Assembly (NCBI GenBank): GCA_027031765.1
Contig: JALVPN010000040.1
Coordinates: 1 to 32,000 of the forward strand
DNA length: 32,000 nt
Reading direction: 5' to 3'
Source of the DNA: Promethearchaeota archaeon
GTDB taxonomy: Archaea; Asgardarchaeota; Thorarchaeia; Thorarchaeales; Thorarchaeaceae
Part shown: positions 27,091 through 32,000 of the stretch, one piece after another
How positions within the stretch are numbered: position 1 is the stretch's first letter
How the letters are laid out: every line of letters begins with the position of its first letter
The notes under the pieces: model-generated
The model's database searches: none
What the model was told of the DNA's origin: nothing
What the model saw: the letters and a program-made list of their open reading frames with translations, nothing else
Translations under genes and position numbers: made by a program

Positions 27091-27284
27091 ATTCCTGACC
27101 TCGGTGGAGGGGTCGGGCGGTTCGCTTTTAAGAGTATCGTGAGATGAACAGCCGTACCAGTCATGGGACAGCAGGCAGGGTGCATCCGGGGCTCGACGCT
27201 ACCATGTAGAATCCACGCCACACCCGCCATACCCAGCAGCCCCATGGTCACCATAAGTACAGCTAGGCCGAGGATGGTCATCAA
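27087..27284 (-). CDS. Small single-pass membrane protein, possibly OST4-like
   Basis: The first 26 codons contain no charged residue and 16 have T at position 2. The stop overlaps the OSTC-like start (GTGA). There is no clear SD or promoter. The start is TTG 27284 or ATG 27281. Confidence 0.35.
   Translation of the reverse strand: MMTILGLAVLMVTMGLLGMAGVAWILHGSVEPRMHPACCPMTGTAVHLTILLKANRPTPPPRSGM
27126..27131 (-). promoter_or_regulatory. TATA-like element upstream of the OSTC-like gene
   Basis: Minus-strand TTAAAA about 36-41 nt upstream of GTG 27090. It may also fire on the plus strand toward topA. Confidence 0.45.
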
Positions 27285-27314
27285 CAGGCCCGGATTGCGA
27301 GAAGAGGGAGAAGC

Positions 27315-29426
27315 GTGTCAACAGTACTTGTAATCTGTGAGAAGCCCAGTGCCGCAAAGCGCATAGCGCACGCGCTTGACGATAATGGGGCACCCACCGA
27401 GGTGAAGAGGCGGGGCGCCTCGTACTTTCAGTGCAGGAACGGAGAGGACACCTTGCTTGTGGCATACGCAAAGGGGCACCTCTACGAACTCCGACAGGTA
27501 GAGAAGGGGTGGACATATCCACGTCTTGACGTGGAGTGGGCACCAAAGTACGAGGTCGTAAAGAAGGCAACAGATACGAAGGCCATCATTGCGCTAATCC
27601 GCAGCCTTGCGAAGAGAGCGGATCAGTTCATAGTGGCGACTGACTATGACATAGAGGGAAGCCTGATTGGATACCTGGTCGTAAAGTACGCATGTGGTGC
27701 TGACCCATCAATAGCACAACGGATGATATTCTCAGCCCTCACGGACAAGGAGCTACGAGCAGCATATGCTAGCCGAGCACAGGAACTCGACTTCCAGCTG
27801 GTCGAAGCAGGACATCTCCGCCATGAGATTGACTGGCTATACGGTATCAACCTCACACGGGCCCTCACACTGGCCATAAAGCGGACGGCTGGGTGGTTCA
27901 AGATAGTCTCGACAGGGCGCGTGCAGGGCCCAACACTTGCAATGGTTGCTGCACGCGACCAAGAGGTCAACCAGTTCGTCCCGCACCCGTTCTGGAGCAT
28001 AGATGCGCAGGGTGAGTGGGACGGACGTGAGTTGCACCTCAAGTATTCAAAGGACAGGATAGACACTGTACACGCAGCAGAGGAGGTTGTGCGTGCAACA
28101 CATGGCCAAGTCGGACATGTCGCATCTGTCCGGACACGGGTGATGACCCAGAAGCCGCCGGTGCCGTTCAACCTCGGTGGACTACAGACCGAGGCATACC
28201 GCCACTTTGGGTTCAAACCGAGCCGTACCCTTGCGCTCGCACAGCGTCTGTATCTCGACGCCTTGATCTCATACCCAAGGACGAACAACCAGCAGATCCC
28301 AGAGTCAATCGATGTCAGGTCAGTCCTCCATGGGCTCAGCAGTATGAGGGCATACAAGGGACATGCAAGTGCACTCCTCAGCCGCAGAGTCCTGCAGCCC
28401 ACCCAAGGCAAGAAGACCGACCCGGCGCACCCAGCCATCCACCCCACAGGAGAGACGCCTTCAAGAAGACTGACACCGAGCGAAAAGAGACTCTTCGACC
28501 TGATAGTGAAGCGGTTCTTCGCCCTGTTCGGGCCACCCGCGAAGAAGAAGAGTGTGCGTGCCGACATTGTGTGCAACGACCACACGTTCTACTTGCGTGG
28601 AAGAGAGGTGCTCGAACCCGGGTGGATTGAGTTCTACAGGCCTTATGTGACCAGCGAGGAGGTGGAAGTCCCCGGGCTGACCGAAGGGGACGAGGTCAGG
28701 CTCACCCGTGTCAGGGCCGTTGAGAAGTACACGTCCCCACCGCTCCGTTTCAACCCGGCGAGTCTGTTGAAGAGTCTTGAGAAGGAGAACCTTGGTACAA
28801 AGGCTACTAGGGCGGGGATTGTCGATTCACTGAGGTCACGTGGGTATACGCTGAATGACCGTTTTGAGCTGTCAACTCTAGGATATGCAGTCTTCGAGAC
28901 GCTACAGCGCCATGTGCCAAGACTGCTCTCTGTTGAGTTTACAAGGAGCCTAGAGGAGGAGATGAATATGATCCAGGAGGGGAAACGGACGAGAGAGGAA
29001 GTACTTGTGCGGGCCAAGGAGGACCTGCGTGAGATACTCTCCAAGTTCAAGTCGCTTGAGAGTGAGATAGGCAACGAACTGGTCGAGGGACTACAGAGGT
29101 TCTGGAGAGAGAAGGAGGAGGTAGGCCCCTGCCCTAAGTGTGATGATGGTACGTTGATGATAGTGCGGTCACCCAAGTCCGGGAAGCGGTTCATAGGCTG
29201 CAGCAACTACAGGACTGGAAAGTGCGACAAGACGTTCCCACTCCCACAGAAGGGGAACATAGTGGTGCTCGACAAGGAGTGCCCATATTGTGGACACAGG
29301 ATGCTGAGAATAACGTCAAAGAGACGCACTTGGGAGACCTGCATCAACTGGGCCGAGTGCCCAGGGAGAGCTGAGGAACTCAGGGCACTTGAAGAACGGC
29401 GGGCGACAAGGGGGGCAAAGGGTTGA
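27315..29426 (+). CDS. topA: DNA topoisomerase I (type IA) with C-terminal zinc ribbons
   Basis: EKPS, TDYDIEG, GRVQGPTL, the catalytic ISYPRT, GLGT-like NLGTKATR and C-terminal Cys clusters. Confidence 0.96.
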   Translation: MSTVLVICEKPSAAKRIAHALDDNGAPTEVKRRGASYFQCRNGEDTLLVAYAKGHLYELRQVEKGWTYPRLDVEWAPKYEVVKKATDTKAIIALIRSLAKRADQFIVATDYDIEGSLIGYLVVKYACGADPSIAQRMIFSALTDKELRAAYASRAQELDFQLVEAGHLRHEIDWLYGINLTRALTLAIKRTAGWFKIVSTGRVQGPTLAMVAARDQEVNQFVPHPFWSIDAQGEWDGRELHLKYSKDRIDTVHAAEEVVRATHGQVGHVASVRTRVMTQKPPVPFNLGGLQTEAYRHFGFKPSRTLALAQRLYLDALISYPRTNNQQIPESIDVRSVLHGLSSMRAYKGHASALLSRRVLQPTQGKKTDPAHPAIHPTGETPSRRLTPSEKRLFDLIVKRFFALFGPPAKKKSVRADIVCNDHTFYLRGREVLEPGWIEFYRPYVTSEEVEVPGLTEGDEVRLTRVRAVEKYTSPPLRFNPASLLKSLEKENLGTKATRAGIVDSLRSRGYTLNDRFELSTLGYAVFETLQRHVPRLLSVEFTRSLEEEMNMIQEGKRTREEVLVRAKEDLREILSKFKSLESEIGNELVEGLQRFWREKEEVGPCPKCDDGTLMIVRSPKSGKRFIGCSNYRTGKCDKTFPLPQKGNIVVLDKECPYCGHRMLRITSKRRTWETCINWAECPGRAEELRALEERRATRGAKG

Positions 29427-29683
29427 GCCGCGAGTGTAGCATATGCGGCCGGCGGTGCGAGGATGAGGACGAGCTGTGCCCGTATCACAGTGGGGCACTG
29501 GAAAACCTCAAAGAGGCGTTCGTAAAGTGGAAGCACAGCCTTGGAGTCAGCTGGGACGAGTATCTCGAACGCCTAGAGCAGCTGGACACGGTAGGACGCT
29601 GGGTCAAAGAGGTGATTGTGTACCTCAAAGACCGAGAGCAGAACGTAGACCCGACAGCAGCTCGAGTAGGAACTCACGACTGA
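29423..29683 (+). CDS. Small hypothetical protein with a CxxC..C..H putative Zn site
   Basis: TTG start overlaps the topA stop (TTGA). CSIC..CPYH, then amphipathic helices with SWDEYL and GRWV. Confidence 0.7.
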   Translation: MSRECSICGRRCEDEDELCPYHSGALENLKEAFVKWKHSLGVSWDEYLERLEQLDTVGRWVKEVIVYLKDREQNVDPTAARVGTHD

Positions 29684-29972
29684 TACTGCGGAGGCCGGCG
29701 ACTACCAGCCACGCGTTTCCACTCCATAACGACAGCCTCTCTGCAATGATACGGACAAGTGCAGAGTCCTCCGGGCTCGCGAACATCTCGGCTGAGACCG
29801 GCAAAGACATGCGGCTACGAGGGGGCACACCGATAGCAACAGGGCCGAGGCGGAAACCCTCAGAGTCTGTTAGGAGCAGCAACCGCCCGTTCTCAAGAGT
29901 GACAATCCGGGCGCGTACGGTCACACTAGACGTGTCAAGTTCAATGTCCTGTGTGTCTTCTGGTGGGGCCAT
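29625..29972 (-). CDS. Proteasome assembly chaperone 4 (PAC4)-like protein
   Basis: LENG..L..G.RLG.VAI.VP and LVRIIAERLS resemble remembered archaeal PAC4-family proteins. A minus-strand TTTATTT at 30003-30009 supports ATG 29972. Confidence 0.55.
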   Translation of the reverse strand: MAPPEDTQDIELDTSSVTVRARIVTLENGRLLLLTDSEGFRLGPVAIGVPPRSRMSLPVSAEMFASPEDSALVRIIAERLSLWSGNAWLVVAGLRSISREFLLELLSGLRSALGL

Positions 29973-30068
29973 CAGCACCACGTCTTGTGACGTCGAGGCC
30001 TCAAATAAAGGATGGGGCACTACGGGGACGGATGAGAGTAAATATCAGAGGATGTGTTGCAGGGGCGG

Positions 30069-32000
30069 ATGATGCACATGACTGGGCGGATTGCACACAT
30101 GGACCTGTTCCCCTATACCACTCCTCGGAGGGGGCAGGAGGAGATGATGGTACAGATTGAAGACGCGGTCAGGAGAGGACAGCACATGTGTGCGGAGGCG
30201 CCAAATGGCTTCGGAAAGACATGTGTGACGCTCTGTGGAGTACTACCATGGGTGCTTGAGAACGATGGGGCAGTGCTGTACTGTGCGAGGACGCACCGAC
30301 AACTGGACAGGGTGATGGAAGAACTCAGGGCAATATCGAAGGGGGCCGAGACCACAGTAACAGGGGTCTCCTTTCGGGGCCGCAGGCACATGTGCCTGAA
30401 CGAGTTTGTACTGGAGAACGCTGGGGTGGTAGCCTCGATGAGCGAGGTCTGTGGGCAGCTAAAGAGTAGTAAGAGGTGTGCATTCTATGAGAACTTGAAG
30501 AAGACTGATGTCGAGGAGGTGCTCTACAGTTCAGAGACCGGCGTGCTGACTGCACCTGAAGTGGTTACCATTGCAAAGGAGAGAAGAACCTGTCCCTACG
30601 AGTTGGCAAAGAGGATTGCAGGACACGTACATGTAGTGGCACTGTCGTATCTGTATGTCCTCGACCCATGGATAATGGAGGCTTTCATTCCAGAACTCGG
30701 CACCCCACTCTCTAGGACTGTTCTGGTACAGGATGAGGCACACAATGTACCGGGAACGGCACTTGAGTCGGCAAGTGACTCCTTGGGGCTAGGCACCATA
30801 AGACAGGCTATGCGTGAGGCTACAACGTACAAGGATGAGGTTTCACGGGATCTATGCAGGGGTCTTGCAAGGGCCGTGCTCGACCTCGCGGCAAACATGG
30901 AGGACAACGATGAACAGGAGGCCGACCCGCATGCCATCTATCATATGGCAACCGACCTTGCTGGGGTGGACGAGGACATAGACCCCCTATCACACCTGAT
31001 GAACTTGGGAAAAGCCATACGACGCGGTCTCCTCCGTGCAGGGAAGTTCCCGCGCTCCTTCGTCTTCAGGGTGGCAGACTTTCTGACAAAGTGGCTCTCG
31101 TTGAGCGCACGTGACGACTTCACTTTCATATTGACATCGGCACGTCCTAGTGGGGGGACAAGACGAATCTCACTTGACCTGGTGGCGCTTGACCCGACGA
31201 CAGTCACACAACCAGTACTGGGAGCTGTCCATAGTGTGGTGGCCGTTTCGGGCACAATGTCCCCACTCAAGGCCTATAGCGAGATGATTGGGCTGCGCGA
31301 GGACTGCGTGATGTCCGTCTTTGAGAGCCCCTTTGCCAGGAAGAACCGGCTGTGCCTGATAGTTGAGGGAGTCGACACATCCTATGATGCAAGGACAAGC
31401 CAACTCTTCAGGCGGATGGCTGAGCACTGCGCGGCCGTGGCCAATGCGACACCCGGGAACACAGGGGTCTTTGCGACCAGCTACTTTGTCGCAAAGTCAC
31501 TGGTCAGAGCGGGACTTGAGAAGCTTGTTTCAAAGAAGGTGTTCATGGAGCGGCAGGGCATGAAGACACACGAGAACGATGTGATGATTGAAGAGTTCAA
31601 GTCGAGGGGGCAGCATGGAGGTGCAGTGCTCCTTGGTGTCCAAGGCGGGCGCAACTCGGAAGGGGGTGACTTTCCAGGTGCAACGATGGAAAGCGTTGTA
31701 GTCGTCGGCGTACCATATGCAAGGCCAACAGTCAGGACAAACGCGTTGATACAGTACTACAATCATCGGTTCCACGGGCGCGGCCGCGACTACGCATACG
31801 TACTACCAGCAATGACCCGCGCAGTGCAGGCTGCAGGCAGGCCCGTGAGGAAACTCGATGACAGGGCAGTGATTGTCCTGCTTGACCAGAGGTTTGCATC
31901 ACCGTACTTGAGGCGGTTCATCCCAAGATGGTTGGACGAGGTCACACATGTTGTGCCAGACGACCCGGATGAGGTGGGCCAGCTGGTCGCAGGGTTCCTA
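30069..32000 (+). CDS. xpd: XPD/Rad3 Fe-S helicase (3'-truncated by the window; absent from the ORF track)
   Basis: FPY..R.GQ Q-motif, EAPNGFGKT, RTHRQ, four Fe-S Cys (HMC, VC, RC, TCPY), DEAHN, SGTM, SEGGDF and QAAGR. The frame is open to nt 32000. The start could be 30069, 30072, 30078 or 30099. Confidence 0.95.
   Translation, partial: MMHMTGRIAHMDLFPYTTPRRGQEEMMVQIEDAVRRGQHMCAEAPNGFGKTCVTLCGVLPWVLENDGAVLYCARTHRQLDRVMEELRAISKGAETTVTGVSFRGRRHMCLNEFVLENAGVVASMSEVCGQLKSSKRCAFYENLKKTDVEEVLYSSETGVLTAPEVVTIAKERRTCPYELAKRIAGHVHVVALSYLYVLDPWIMEAFIPELGTPLSRTVLVQDEAHNVPGTALESASDSLGLGTIRQAMREATTYKDEVSRDLCRGLARAVLDLAANMEDNDEQEADPHAIYHMATDLAGVDEDIDPLSHLMNLGKAIRRGLLRAGKFPRSFVFRVADFLTKWLSLSARDDFTFILTSARPSGGTRRISLDLVALDPTTVTQPVLGAVHSVVAVSGTMSPLKAYSEMIGLREDCVMSVFESPFARKNRLCLIVEGVDTSYDARTSQLFRRMAEHCAAVANATPGNTGVFATSYFVAKSLVRAGLEKLVSKKVFMERQGMKTHENDVMIEEFKSRGQHGGAVLLGVQGGRNSEGGDFPGATMESVVVVGVPYARPTVRTNALIQYYNHRFHGRGRDYAYVLPAMTRAVQAAGRPVRKLDDRAVIVLLDQRFASPYLRRFIPRWLDEVTHVVPDDPDEVGQLVAGFL

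Noticed and set aside
1-32000. CRISPR array, IS elements, integrases, defence genes, tRNA and rRNA genes
   Set aside because: I found no regularly spaced repeats, transposase or integrase motifs, or tRNA/rRNA signatures on reading both strands.

Overview
Gene-dense archaeal chromosome window, GC-rich, with TATA/BRE promoters and SD-like motifs. A eukaryote-like STT3, a DC2/OSTC-like protein and a PAC4-like protein point to an Asgard archaeon; that assignment is an inference. I count about 33 coding regions, mostly housekeeping: tRNA/RNA modification (Trm5, Tyw1, RtcA, Nop10, Nog1), translation (ProRS, L44e, S27e, aIF2-alpha), proteostasis (Pcm, a non-catalytic proteasome beta subunit, PAC4-like), DNA metabolism (TopA, XPD, MutS-like), cofactor metabolism (RibK, NMNAT, FolP, MptE, GcvT/H) and membrane biogenesis (Sec61-beta, STT3). 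One 2-hydroxyacid dehydrogenase is a pseudogene. I found no tRNA, rRNA, CRISPR array or mobile element. Most notable: (1) a possible eukaryote-like translocon/OST set within 10 kb, namely Sec61-beta, STT3 with an extra C-terminal DOMON/CBM9-like domain, a DC2/OSTC-like protein and an overlapping small OST4-like ORF; (2) a FolP with the Helicobacter-type dihydropteroate reductase domain on the C-terminus instead of the N-terminus, next to MptE and divergent from gcvT/gcvH; (3) a linalool dehydratase/isomerase-like protein; (4) a candidate structured RNA after nop10. All family assignments come from motif recognition and remembered reference sequences; no searches were run.
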